DNA from: a bacterium
GTDB taxonomy: Bacteria > Patescibacteriota > Minisyncoccia > Phycocordibacterales > UBA9973
Length of the DNA: 64,000 bases
Direction: 5' to 3'
Assembly (NCBI GenBank): GCA_037127795.1
Contig: JBAXXQ010000001.1
Span: 6,842 to 70,841 of the forward strand
The position numbers and the translations under genes were made by a program. The notes beneath the pieces were generated by a model. That model saw only the letters and a list, made by a program, of their open reading frames with translations, had not been told where the DNA came from and did not search any database. Positions within the stretch are counted from its first letter, which is position 1. The number at the start of each line of letters is the position of its first letter. Positions 1-9,272 of this stretch are shown here, one piece after another.

Positions 1-220
1 CAAAAACAATACTATCGGGTGTCATATACCACAAAAATACCGCGCCCAATACAAAAGATGCTCCTATAATACAAGAAAGTACAAATCCTCGTTTTGTTTT
101 AAAATAAAAAATACCTGCCAATACAATACTGACAGATATAGTAGCTATGAAACCAAAACTTGGATTGTAGTGAAACAGTATTGCGCCGAGCGTGATAGCA
201 AGAGCAATACTTTCTATCAT
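1..220 (-). CDS. Membrane protein, runs off the window edge (possibly a ComEC-like N-terminus)
   Basis: ATG at 220 overlaps the rnhA TGA stop (ATGA); hydrophobic open frame MIESIALAITLGAILFHY...; identity unresolved. Confidence 0.5.
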   Translation of the reverse strand, partial: MIESIALAITLGAILFHYNPSFGFIATISVSIVLAGIFYFKTKRGFVLSCIIGASFVLGAVFLWYMTPDSIVF

Positions 221-681
221 AGGTTTACAGAGAGCGCTGCTTCTACGGCGAGAACGTCGGCCCGTTCATTATATTCATCCCCCGCATGACCTTCGACTTT
301 TTTGTATTGCAATCTTTTTCCAAAAAAGTTTCGTAATTCATATAGCGTCTCCCAGAGCTCTTTGTTTTCTACAGGTTTTTTGGTGCTTGTTTTCCAGCCA
401 TTGCGAACCCAATTATCAAGCCAACCCTTAAGCCCACCGAGCACATATGCAGAGTCTGCAAGAAGTACCACATCTATATCAGAATATTTTTCCTTTGCAA
501 AACGAAGTCCTTCTATAGCAGCAACAAGCTCCATTTGGTTGTTTGTAGCGAGCACTCCTTTGGGAGGACACCCACTTCCTTCAAAGACTTCTCCGTCAAC
601 AAGTGCAACATATGCCCACCCCCCAAGACCAGGGTTCCCACGAGACGATCCGTCTGTATATAGCTGTATCTCTTTTTTCAT
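217..681 (-). CDS. rnhA: Ribonuclease HI
   Basis: YTDGSSRGNPG, TNNQMEL, DSAYV, WKT..KPVEN, GHAG..YNERAD motifs. Confidence 0.97.
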   Translation of the reverse strand: MKKEIQLYTDGSSRGNPGLGGWAYVALVDGEVFEGSGCPPKGVLATNNQMELVAAIEGLRFAKEKYSDIDVVLLADSAYVLGGLKGWLDNWVRNGWKTSTKKPVENKELWETLYELRNFFGKRLQYKKVEGHAGDEYNERADVLAVEAALSVNL

Positions 682-720
682 GAAAATAGTATAACAGAAT
701 TACTTACAAATTTCTTTTAT

Positions 721-748
721 TTGACATCTAACTAAATATCTATATACT
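721..748 (+). promoter_or_regulatory. sigma70 promoter with no downstream ORF
   Basis: TTGACA-16-TATACT. Confidence 0.6.
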
Positions 749-774
749 TATCTCATAAGGCCTTAGGGCTCCGA

Positions 775-800
775 GAAAATCCCCAGAAATGGGGATTTTC
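775..800. terminator. Hairpin, probably a bidirectional terminator
   Basis: GAAAATCCCCA-gaaa-TGGGGATTTTC. Confidence 0.75.
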
Positions 801-804
801 GATT

Positions 805-1188
805 TTATATAGAATTTTTATATTTCATCATTATTTCTAAAAAATCAGAAGTACTTATACGTCCCACCTTTCGAGAAAGTCTATTAGTGCTTATTGTACG
901 AACATGAGCAAGACTTGCATATGAAGTTATATCACCGAGTGTTACCGGGGTAAAATATTTTGTCCCATTATTTTTTGAGGTAAGTGGTACGACTTTTATA
1001 GTATTTTTATTATAGACTTTTAATACCAAAACAGGTCTTTCAAAAAGTTCATGTTTTCCATACAGCTCGGTACCAATATTTAAACCAAATGAACACCACC
1101 ATATCTCACGTTTATTTGCAAAAACATTTCTTTGTTCTTTATCTAATTGTTGTTTTAAAATATTCCAAGCATCAAAATCTTTTTCCAT
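805..1188 (-). CDS. PemK/MazF-family endoribonuclease toxin
   Basis: KDFDAWN, REIWWCSFGLNIG.E, RPVLVLK, VPLTS, RL.RK motifs; start moved to MEKDF. Confidence 0.8.
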   Translation of the reverse strand: MEKDFDAWNILKQQLDKEQRNVFANKREIWWCSFGLNIGTELYGKHELFERPVLVLKVYNKNTIKVVPLTSKNNGTKYFTPVTLGDITSYASLAHVRTISTNRLSRKVGRISTSDFLEIMMKYKNSI

Positions 1189-1211
1189 ACTAAAATAGTA
1201 TAACAAAATGA

Positions 1212-1640
1212 TTACAGCATTTTATCAAAAAGAATAAAATCTTGATTAGCTATATGGTTTGGCAATATACATCTTTCTGTATACCCATTTTTTATATAAA
1301 AAGGACATGATTTCCATGTAGCACCTGTCTCAAGCCATACTTTGTGTACATTCATTTTCTTAAGTTCTTGTTCTATATATGAAATAAGTTTTGTTCCAAT
1401 ACCTTGTCCTTGAGTATCTACTGCAACCATAAGTGGTTCTATTTGAGCAATACCGCTATCGATAATAATAGTTACATATCCTAAAATAGTATCTCCCTCT
1501 TTTGCAAGATATGTGATTTCTTTTTTATAAAAATCTGGCATTTTGTCGCCATAGTGCTCCATATCAGCGACAGGCCAAACAGCAGATTTGAATATTTCTA
1601 AACTTTCAAGATCTGATATTGTATATTCTTTAATTTCCAT
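1212..1640 (-). CDS. GNAT acetyltransferase
   Basis: V..DTQGQGIGTKL acetyl-CoA motif A; FY.KNGY. Confidence 0.88.
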   Translation of the reverse strand: MEIKEYTISDLESLEIFKSAVWPVADMEHYGDKMPDFYKKEITYLAKEGDTILGYVTIIIDSGIAQIEPLMVAVDTQGQGIGTKLISYIEQELKKMNVHKVWLETGATWKSCPFYIKNGYTERCILPNHIANQDFILFDKML

Positions 1641-1647
1641 ACATTTA

Positions 1648-3288
1648 TTATATCACTTCTTTTATATGTATTCGCACACCACCTTTCCAACCAGCGACTA
1701 TTACACCAGTAAAAGATATCTTTGCGCCTTTTTGTAACACCGCAACAATATCTTCACTAGCAAAAAACATAAACCCTGTTGCGCGACCAGTCATGTCAGA
1801 AATAGTTATTTCAATATGCTCTTGGTGTTTACCAAACATCTTCACACTTTCTATTACTACGTTTTCAAATAAAAATACTGGCTCTGGATTACCTACTCCA
1901 AACGGCGCAAAACTTCGGACCATAGACAATGTTTTTGTATGTACTGATGCAAGATCTACCTGTATTGCAACACTCGTGTTTTTTTCTGCGGCGACATGCC
2001 CCACTACCGCAATAGCTTCATTCAATGCATTTTCAAGAAAATGAATCTTTTCTTTTTCTACCGCAAAGCCACCCGCTGCTTGGTGCCCTCCTCCATGAAG
2101 CAATACATCAGACGAAAGTGCTTGAAATAAATACGCAGCATGATGCTCATCTTGCATACGACACGATCCTTTGATCAATCCATCTCCAGATTCTCCCCAG
2201 ACAAAAAAACTTCGTTTATATGTTTCTTGTAATTTATTTGCAACAAGTCCCAATACCGCAGGGCGCCACGAGAGATCACCTATAACCACAATATCCGGAA
2301 GCACTCTTTTATCGAGACGGCTGTGTGCCTCTTTACTAATTTTTGTAACCAACTTTTTGCGCTCGTTATTTATTTTTTCTAAATTATCAGCAAGAGCAAT
2401 AGCTTGTGCATGTGAGCGAGTAGAGAGTAAATCGAATGCAAGCATCGGGGTATCCATACGAGACGCAGCGTTGAGGCGCGGCGCAAGAGTAAAGGTGAGG
2501 TCTTGCTCAGTGAGCGTAGCAAGCGACATATTATTTTTTAAAAAAAGTGTTTGCAAACCGAGCCGTTTGGTTTTGCGCATGACGAGCATACCGTACCACG
2601 CGAGCACTCTATTTTCTCCAATTAGTGGAACCATATCTGCAAGTGTCGCAAATCCTACCAAGTCGAGTAGCCATTTTGTTTGATCAATAGAGATGTTATA
2701 GTCTGCGCCATACTTGGTAATAAACGCTCGAATAAAATGAAATATAACTCCCGCACCACAAGGATTTTTGTCTGGATAGTCACCCTTTTTGGGATGTACT
2801 ACTGCATATGCACCTGGGTAGTCTGGAGTATCTCCCCCGAGCGGTTGATGATGATCGGTGAGTAACACATCAATACCAATGCTTTGTAAGTGCGCAATTT
2901 CTTTTGTTGCAGTGATCCCTACATCTATAGTGATTACTAGTGTGGTATTATTTTTTTGTAAAAAGTCTATTCCAACCCCAGATATACCATACCCTTCGTC
3001 ATGACGATCTGGGATATACACAGACACTTTTTCTATATACCCAATAAGCTCAAAAAAATCTCGCAATACAACAGCTCCTGGTATACCATCGCAATCATAA
3101 TCAGAATATATAGTTATATGCTCACCGGTATTGATAGCAGCTTGTAGTCTATCTACTGCTTTGTGCATATCTGCAAATAAAAATGGATCAGCAAGGAGAT
3201 ATTGTGGGTGCACAAAAGCCTCTTTTTCAGACGGAGAAATATGAAGAAAAGAAAGAATTTTTTGCTCTAAGTTGGAGATTTCGGGCAT
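1648..3288 (-). CDS. recJ: ssDNA exonuclease RecJ
   Basis: DYDCDG, PDRH.EGYG, TDHH, ADMVPL.GENR, PRLNAASR, GGH..AGG, PFG.GNPEP; start moved to avoid overlap with the HIT gene. Confidence 0.95.
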   Translation of the reverse strand: MPEISNLEQKILSFLHISPSEKEAFVHPQYLLADPFLFADMHKAVDRLQAAINTGEHITIYSDYDCDGIPGAVVLRDFFELIGYIEKVSVYIPDRHDEGYGISGVGIDFLQKNNTTLVITIDVGITATKEIAHLQSIGIDVLLTDHHQPLGGDTPDYPGAYAVVHPKKGDYPDKNPCGAGVIFHFIRAFITKYGADYNISIDQTKWLLDLVGFATLADMVPLIGENRVLAWYGMLVMRKTKRLGLQTLFLKNNMSLATLTEQDLTFTLAPRLNAASRMDTPMLAFDLLSTRSHAQAIALADNLEKINNERKKLVTKISKEAHSRLDKRVLPDIVVIGDLSWRPAVLGLVANKLQETYKRSFFVWGESGDGLIKGSCRMQDEHHAAYLFQALSSDVLLHGGGHQAAGGFAVEKEKIHFLENALNEAIAVVGHVAAEKNTSVAIQVDLASVHTKTLSMVRSFAPFGVGNPEPVFLFENVVIESVKMFGKHQEHIEITISDMTGRATGFMFFASEDIVAVLQKGAKISFTGVIVAGWKGGVRIHIKEVI

Positions 3289-3306
3289 ATAGAATATCAT
3301 TGTAGC

Positions 3307-3720
3307 ATGGAACAAACAATTTTTGAGCGTATTATACAAGGCGAAATTCCTTGCACAAAAATATATGAAGATGAGATATGTCTTGTTTTTTTGGATATAC
3401 AACCACTCAATCTCGGACATGCACTCGTAATACCAAAAATTCATTCAAGAAATATTTTTGATACCCCAGATGAAACAGTGGCACATCTTTTTGTTATGGC
3501 AAAAAAAGTGGCACTAGCTCTCAAAGAAACAGTAGGTGCAGAAGGTATCAATATTTATATGAATAATGAAGCAGCTGCTGGGCAGATGGTTTTTCATACA
3601 CATATACACGTAATCCCTCGATACAGTACTGATGGATATGTATTATGGCACGGGAAAAAAACATATTCTGAAGAAGAAACAAATAATCTCGCAGAAAAAC
3701 TTACTCACAAACTGCAATAA
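3307..3720 (+). CDS. HIT family nucleotide hydrolase
   Basis: GHALVIPK.H and GQMVFHTHIHVIPR histidine triad. Confidence 0.95.
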   Translation: MEQTIFERIIQGEIPCTKIYEDEICLVFLDIQPLNLGHALVIPKIHSRNIFDTPDETVAHLFVMAKKVALALKETVGAEGINIYMNNEAAAGQMVFHTHIHVIPRYSTDGYVLWHGKKTYSEEETNNLAEKLTHKLQ

Positions 3721-3726
3721 ACAAAA

Positions 3727-3757
3727 AAATTCCTCCGTCAACTGGCGAAGGAATTTT
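3727..3757. terminator. Bidirectional terminator
   Basis: AAATTCCT...AGGAATTTT between convergent genes. Confidence 0.6.
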
Positions 3758-4185
3758 TATACCACTTGATATATAGCTATATTAAAATTTTCATAATGCA
3801 TAGCACCTGAATCAAGTCTTTGAAGACCCCAACTCCAAAACCCTTTTTTCCAATAAAGATACCTAACAAAAGGAAAATGAGAAAAATGGTATACGGTTCC
3901 GAAAAAATATACCCTATGTTTCTTCCATTTTTCAGGAATAAATAAAGTATTAGATAAAAGATAATCTAATATACACCCACCTAAAACTTCTTTCTCTTTA
4001 ACCTTTTCAAGTATATCTTTCGAGTATAAACCCTCGCTTTTTATATTATATAATGAGAGATTGTCTTCACCCATTTCTTTATATACAAACAAGACATCTT
4101 CTAATACAGAACAACCATCATAAGGGATGTTGGCCGTACTATTAATCAGAACATCGAGATTAAAAGCATTTTTACTAAGTTTCAT
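3757..4185 (-). CDS. Hypothetical protein with an aromatic-rich C-terminus (CLec-like by inference)
   Basis: LDYLL....IPEKWK...YFFGT...VRYLYW...WSW; own TTGACA promoter near 4266. Confidence 0.65.
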   Translation of the reverse strand: MKLSKNAFNLDVLINSTANIPYDGCSVLEDVLFVYKEMGEDNLSLYNIKSEGLYSKDILEKVKEKEVLGGCILDYLLSNTLFIPEKWKKHRVYFFGTVYHFSHFPFVRYLYWKKGFWSWGLQRLDSGAMHYENFNIAIYQVV

Positions 4186-4387
4186 TTTACAAATTTTATA
4201 GCATGTTTATATATGCTGGTTACAAAATATTTTTTGAAATATATTATAATTAAAAATAAATGTCAATTTATTAGCCCGATTACTTATTATAAAAGGGCAC
4301 ATAATATTTACTATTACAATACAATTAGATCAAACAAAAAAATCCCGAAAGGGATTTTTTTGTAGCTACGTACCTGTCGAACAATAT

Positions 4388-4597
4388 TTATTTTGCTTGG
4401 CAATTTGTGCAAGAATTTTTGTGTGTAAACAATTCATACAAAGCTGAAATACCAACAAGGATATATACAATCTTTGAAATAAGCGCTGCTTGACCACCAA
4501 AAATACTTCCTACGTCCCATGAGAACAAACCAACCAAGAGCCAGTTCAAACCACCAACTATAAGAAGAATCCATGCGATTATGTGTACTGTTTTCAT
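4388..4597 (-). CDS. DUF378 family small membrane protein
   Basis: LLIVGGLNWLLVG...IVYILVGISALY. Confidence 0.88.
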   Translation of the reverse strand: MKTVHIIAWILLIVGGLNWLLVGLFSWDVGSIFGGQAALISKIVYILVGISALYELFTHKNSCTNCQAK

Positions 4598-4650
4598 AAA
4601 TGTTTTGTGTACTAAAATACTACTAAATCGAGTACCTCTTTAGTATACCA

Positions 4651-5763
4651 CTATTTTGACTTGTCGAGTGCAATTATCCCCGGAAGTGTACCATTTGCGA
4701 GAAAGTCTAATGTTGCTCCTCCTGCAGTAGAAACAAAGATTCGCTTGTTGTTTTCTGGGAGAATCTTCTCTACAAGCAAGCCTGTATCGCCACCCCCTAC
4801 TATTGCATGTGCTTTTGAATCAACGATTGATTGTGCGAGAGCTTTGGTTGCCTTAGTAAAACCTTTTTCATACCACCCAGTCGGACCATTCCATACAACA
4901 AGTTTTGCAGTACCGATAAGTCCCACTATGAGCTTGGTGCTTTCTGGGCCAATATCTACAATACAATCCCCTGGCAATACTGCATCTGGAGTTGTGACAA
5001 CCTTTGCGTCTTTGCGCAATACAATAAGATCTATAGGTAATAATATTTTTTCATCTTTGAGAAGCTTTTTGATTTGTGTATCGAACCCATCTTCTGCAAC
5101 AGAACTTCCTATTTCAAATCCTGCTGATTTGTAAAAATTATTCAAAATAGCACCAGCAATCACGATACTATCTGCTTTGCCTATAAACTTTTTGATAAGC
5201 GGGATTTTTGTCCCAAACTTTGCACCCCCTAAAATAAACACAAACGGATGTTTTATTTGTGCATCAGTAAGGGTAAGGTTTTTTATCTCTTGAGCAAAAG
5301 AAAATCCTGCAAAACTAGGTAGGTATTTTGGAATACCTACCACAGATGCATGTTTGCGGTGACTTACAGAAAATGCGTCATTTATATATACACTACCGAG
5401 AGATGCGAGCTTTTTTGCAAAAGCAGTATCGTTTTTTTCTTCGCCTTCATATGCGCGAATATTTTCAAGCAATACTATATCTCTTGGTTTCATATCAGAT
5501 GCAATATCTTCTATGGTTTTTGCAAAAGAAAGTGTAGAATATTTTTTCTTGAGGTAAGTATATACCGGTTTCAAACTTTCTTCTTTGCTGTGTGAAATAA
5601 GCACAATACTTGCACCTTTTTTCAAAAGAAAATCAATTGTTTTGTAGCTTGCTTCTATGCGACGAGGGTCGAGTATACGAGTTCCTTTTGTTGGTACATT
5701 ATAATCAGCACGAACAATAACACGCATACCTTTGGTAATTGGAGATTCAGAAATAGCTTTCAT
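4651..5763 (-). CDS. pgk: Phosphoglycerate kinase
   Basis: RADYNVP, LLENIR, NDAFSVSHR, LGGAK, DIGP, WNGP.G, GGGDT, STAGGA. Confidence 0.96.
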   Translation of the reverse strand: MKAISESPITKGMRVIVRADYNVPTKGTRILDPRRIEASYKTIDFLLKKGASIVLISHSKEESLKPVYTYLKKKYSTLSFAKTIEDIASDMKPRDIVLLENIRAYEGEEKNDTAFAKKLASLGSVYINDAFSVSHRKHASVVGIPKYLPSFAGFSFAQEIKNLTLTDAQIKHPFVFILGGAKFGTKIPLIKKFIGKADSIVIAGAILNNFYKSAGFEIGSSVAEDGFDTQIKKLLKDEKILLPIDLIVLRKDAKVVTTPDAVLPGDCIVDIGPESTKLIVGLIGTAKLVVWNGPTGWYEKGFTKATKALAQSIVDSKAHAIVGGGDTGLLVEKILPENNKRIFVSTAGGATLDFLANGTLPGIIALDKSK

Positions 5764-5766
5764 ATA

Positions 5767-6507
5767 TTAAGAAATAGATTGTATAAGACTAGTAAACTTT
5801 TTTATATCGGTACTCACACGCCCCACGAGGAGTCCATGTGCACCACCTTCAGAAAGGAAATTTTTTGCATTTTGTTCATCTACTGAACCTCCATACAAAA
5901 CAGGGATAATATTGGCAACTTTTTCCCCCACAGCATCTGCGAGTGTTTTACGGATAAAAATAATCATCTCTCGACATTCCTCTACTGTTGCAGGACGTGT
6001 CGCATGTGACCCAATAGCCCAGACAGGCTCATATGCAAATACCAATTCTTTTATTTTTGTTTTTGGTACCAATGCAATAGCGCTCACTATTTGTTCTTTT
6101 ACAAACAGTAAGTATGCACCCTTGGTATCGCGAGATTTTTCTCCGACACAAATAATAGGTCTAATCTTTTTTTCAATAAGACGAAGTGTATTTTGTGCAA
6201 CGATGTCATTAGTTTCAAATCCAGCAGAACGACGTTCTGAGTGGCCGACAATAGTATATGACGCACCGAGCTTTTGGAGCATCTTTGCACTCACCTCTCC
6301 TGTATGCGGCATTTCTAGATGTGGAGATACAGCTTGTGCTCCAAAAAGTACTTTGGTTTTTTTACCAATTTCTCCCAGATATATATATGGCGGACAAACA
6401 ACAATGGTATTTTTATTTTTTTTGGCAATAACACCAGTTTCTTTGGCAAGCATTAGCGCTTCTTCCAATGTATCAGGTGACATTTTCCAATTTCCAACTA
6501 GTAACAT
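5767..6507 (-). CDS. tpiA: Triosephosphate isomerase
   Basis: GNWKM, GHSERR, AYEPVWAIG, LYGGSV. Confidence 0.97.
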   Translation of the reverse strand: MLLVGNWKMSPDTLEEALMLAKETGVIAKKNKNTIVVCPPYIYLGEIGKKTKVLFGAQAVSPHLEMPHTGEVSAKMLQKLGASYTIVGHSERRSAGFETNDIVAQNTLRLIEKKIRPIICVGEKSRDTKGAYLLFVKEQIVSAIALVPKTKIKELVFAYEPVWAIGSHATRPATVEECREMIIFIRKTLADAVGEKVANIIPVLYGGSVDEQNAKNFLSEGGAHGLLVGRVSTDIKKFTSLIQSIS

Positions 6508-6527
6508 AGTACTAGTATATCATAGAG

Positions 6528-7811
6528 CTAGTTGGTGGTTTCTTGCCAGGAAGAGACTCCCCATCCTCCAGTACTAGAGAATGTCAATGTAGAAAGTCCA
6601 GAATTATAGGTAATAGAAACACCACCCAGTAATTGCACAGTTTTTGCTGTCGCTTGTTGTACTCCGGTACAACTATTGATTACCAACGTACCATTTTGCG
6701 CAATAAGTGCGATACTTCCTCCTCCACCGTTTACACTAATTGCAGGATTTCCCCCACAAAAACCACTTGTAGGACAATCTGATGTATCTACAATAATCGC
6801 ATAACTCCCCGCAACACCAGAACCAGTAATTGTTGCCCCGTTTCCTACTGAAGTATACCCATCAACAAGCAATGCAATACTACCTCCGGCATATGAAGGA
6901 TCAACTTGTAATTTTCCATTTCCCATAGTGAAATTCCCAGTGACCCAAATTGGCCCAGTGAGTTTTACTGTGTATCCGTTATCAATATTCAAATTACCTA
7001 CTATTTTTCTAGAACTAATAGTTACCGTGCCACTAGTACCTGCATAGTTTACGTTTCCATTAATCACATTACCCGAAGCTTTTGTTTTCCAATCTGCAAT
7101 AAGTGCATCTGGTATTGGCATAGTCTGAGGACTAGGTGTACCACGACTTGTATCACATACCTTATTATTCAAAGATCCAGTAGTGCAGTATATTTTCCCG
7201 GTCGCATTTGTCTTACTTACTATTGGGGCCCACGCATCATATGTACCAGAAGTTCCCACATTAAAAGGTCGCCATTGATCATCTCCTATAATAGAAGTGG
7301 TAGAAATAGCAGCCCCGGAAATAGTCACACTACTATTGCTTCCTGTGATAGGACCATTGGCATATACCCCTCCATAAATAGCTTGTCCGTTTTGCATACT
7401 AAGCCCGCCAGTACCAACGATTGCCCCATAAAAAAGATTTACCGTGGCAGCCTTTGCAACAGTTGCGGTAGAAATTCTATTAAAATTAGAAAGTGCGCCA
7501 ATACTTTTTATTTGTTTTTGTGTACTACTAATATCTGTAACAGTAGTAGTTGCAGTTGCATTACCGAGTACCAACGTATTTGTAGAACTTACATTTTTAT
7601 TATTCATAACACGATAATACGCATCTTCTACGCCAGATTCTGCAAGCGCATAACTTGCTTTTGATTGTATATCACTCTTTGAATTACCATATGCACCAAG
7701 CACCGGAAGAATAAGCCCAAAAGATATAGACAGCGTGATCGCAACAAAAAGCAATGTCGTTATTATCATTACATTTCCTTTTTCTTTTGTTGTATGAAAA
7801 AATTTCTCCAT
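6528..7811 (-). CDS. PilX-like minor pilin with a beta-rich C-terminal domain
   Basis: KG + hydrophobic helix without E5; ALAESGVEDA; terminal SWQE. Confidence 0.75.
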   Translation of the reverse strand: MEKFFHTTKEKGNVMIITTLLFVAITLSISFGLILPVLGAYGNSKSDIQSKASYALAESGVEDAYYRVMNNKNVSSTNTLVLGNATATTTVTDISSTQKQIKSIGALSNFNRISTATVAKAATVNLFYGAIVGTGGLSMQNGQAIYGGVYANGPITGSNSSVTISGAAISTTSIIGDDQWRPFNVGTSGTYDAWAPIVSKTNATGKIYCTTGSLNNKVCDTSRGTPSPQTMPIPDALIADWKTKASGNVINGNVNYAGTSGTVTISSRKIVGNLNIDNGYTVKLTGPIWVTGNFTMGNGKLQVDPSYAGGSIALLVDGYTSVGNGATITGSGVAGSYAIIVDTSDCPTSGFCGGNPAISVNGGGGSIALIAQNGTLVINSCTGVQQATAKTVQLLGGVSITYNSGLSTLTFSSTGGWGVSSWQETTN

Positions 7812-7812
7812 A

Positions 7813-8313
7813 TTATTTTCCTCTCAATAATACTGTAGTATTAAAAGGTACTGTGATCTTATACCCAGTAACTGTTTGTAATTGTAATTCTACTTTTACT
7901 GCCGATCCATTTGAGGTAGTTACTTTTCTAAAAATCAAACTGTTTGAAGCAACTTGTCCTCCTGTAAGAGTACTATTTACTCCATTTACAGAAATTTGTA
8001 CTTGATTATTAACTACAGAAAATGCGACAGTATCTGGATTTCCTGAAAGATCTTTCCCGGCGAGTGTTATAGATCCAGGATTTGCATCAAAATTTCCCCC
8101 TGTCACACTTGTCGCCTGGCGTAATTCTCGAGTCATACGCTCCATAACAAGCTCACCTTGTGCTTGGATTTTTCTATAAGATTGAGACTGACTATAGACA
8201 GTCATACTAGTCACCAAAGATTTTATAATAACCAAACAAAGGATAGAAAAAATAGATAGGTATACAAGTAATTCGATAAGAGAATATCCTTTTGTAGCTT
8301 GTGTTTTTTTCAT
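7813..8313 (-). CDS. Type IV minor pilin (PilW-like)
   Basis: Class III signal KGYSLIELL; MTRELRQA. Confidence 0.85.
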   Translation of the reverse strand: MKKTQATKGYSLIELLVYLSIFSILCLVIIKSLVTSMTVYSQSQSYRKIQAQGELVMERMTRELRQATSVTGGNFDANPGSITLAGKDLSGNPDTVAFSVVNNQVQISVNGVNSTLTGGQVASNSLIFRKVTTSNGSAVKVELQLQTVTGYKITVPFNTTVLLRGK

Positions 8314-8316
8314 ATA

Positions 8317-8802
8317 TTAAATATTTGGACTACTAGTTATATAAAATGGCATAGTTTCTGTAGCGCTCGTACCATTGGCGCTTTGCCATGACACAGATAT
8401 AGTCATTTGTAATGTACCAGAATCAACACTTCCCCCAGATGAAACAATATCTGCATTTGCATTTCTTTGTACACTCGATATAACTATAGTTCGAGTAAAT
8501 ACCCCCACCTTTTCTGCGGTAGTTGTATAGCTCCATGTTTTTCCAGTATTATCCCAGTGCATATAATACGTAGTACCTGGAGTAAGGTTTGAAATATTTG
8601 ACCATGCTTGATTGCGCAATACTTTTGCAACCTCCCCACCCTCTTCGAGTAAGTATGAAGCTTGTGTTTTTTCTAATGCACGATGAGAAATATCTACTAC
8701 ATTACTAATAACAGCCAACATCAATACTAATGATGTTCCTATAATAGCCGAAGCAACAATTGCTTCTATAAGAAAAAATCCTTTTTGTGTTTTTTTGGGC
8801 AT
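8317..8802 (-). CDS. Type IV minor pilin (PilV-like)
   Basis: KGFFLIEAI; ISVSW near the C-terminus. Confidence 0.82.
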   Translation of the reverse strand: MPKKTQKGFFLIEAIVASAIIGTSLVLMLAVISNVVDISHRALEKTQASYLLEEGGEVAKVLRNQAWSNISNLTPGTTYYMHWDNTGKTWSYTTTAEKVGVFTRTIVISSVQRNANADIVSSGGSVDSGTLQMTISVSWQSANGTSATETMPFYITSSPNI

Positions 8803-8803
8803 A

Positions 8804-9271
8804 TTACGAATGACTTACCGAACCACTCGCACCGATAGTAATTATTTTTGTACTACCACCTTGTGCTGTTAGAGTAATTGTACCATATTGATTTGGTACT
8901 CCTGTAATTTTATTAAAAATAATTTGTGACCCACTATCAGAAAGACTAATTGCACTCATAGTGACCCCAGTATCATATTGCACCACTCTATTTCCACTTG
9001 CACCAGCAGCATAACTAGACCCAGAAAAAAATGTCATTTGATTTGTTTCAAAGTTTACCCCATAGGTTGTACCATTGAGCCCAGATATCGTATCAGTCCG
9101 TGCTTCATACAAAAGAGATAATGCGCTATCCATATTATTTTTTAATACCTGTGAAGATCGAAAAGAAGAAAAAGAAAGACTAAAAATACTAGACAAAATA
9201 ACTATAATTCCCAATACAAAAAGTATTTCTACTAATGTAAATCCTGATTGTGATTTTCTTATGGTATACAT
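8804..9271 (-). CDS. Type IV minor pilin (FimT/GspH-like)
   Basis: SGFTLVEIL; start moved to MYTIRK. Confidence 0.82.
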   Translation of the reverse strand: MYTIRKSQSGFTLVEILFVLGIIVILSSIFSLSFSSFRSSQVLKNNMDSALSLLYEARTDTISGLNGTTYGVNFETNQMTFFSGSSYAAGASGNRVVQYDTGVTMSAISLSDSGSQIIFNKITGVPNQYGTITLTAQGGSTKIITIGASGSVSHS

Positions 9272-9272
9272 A

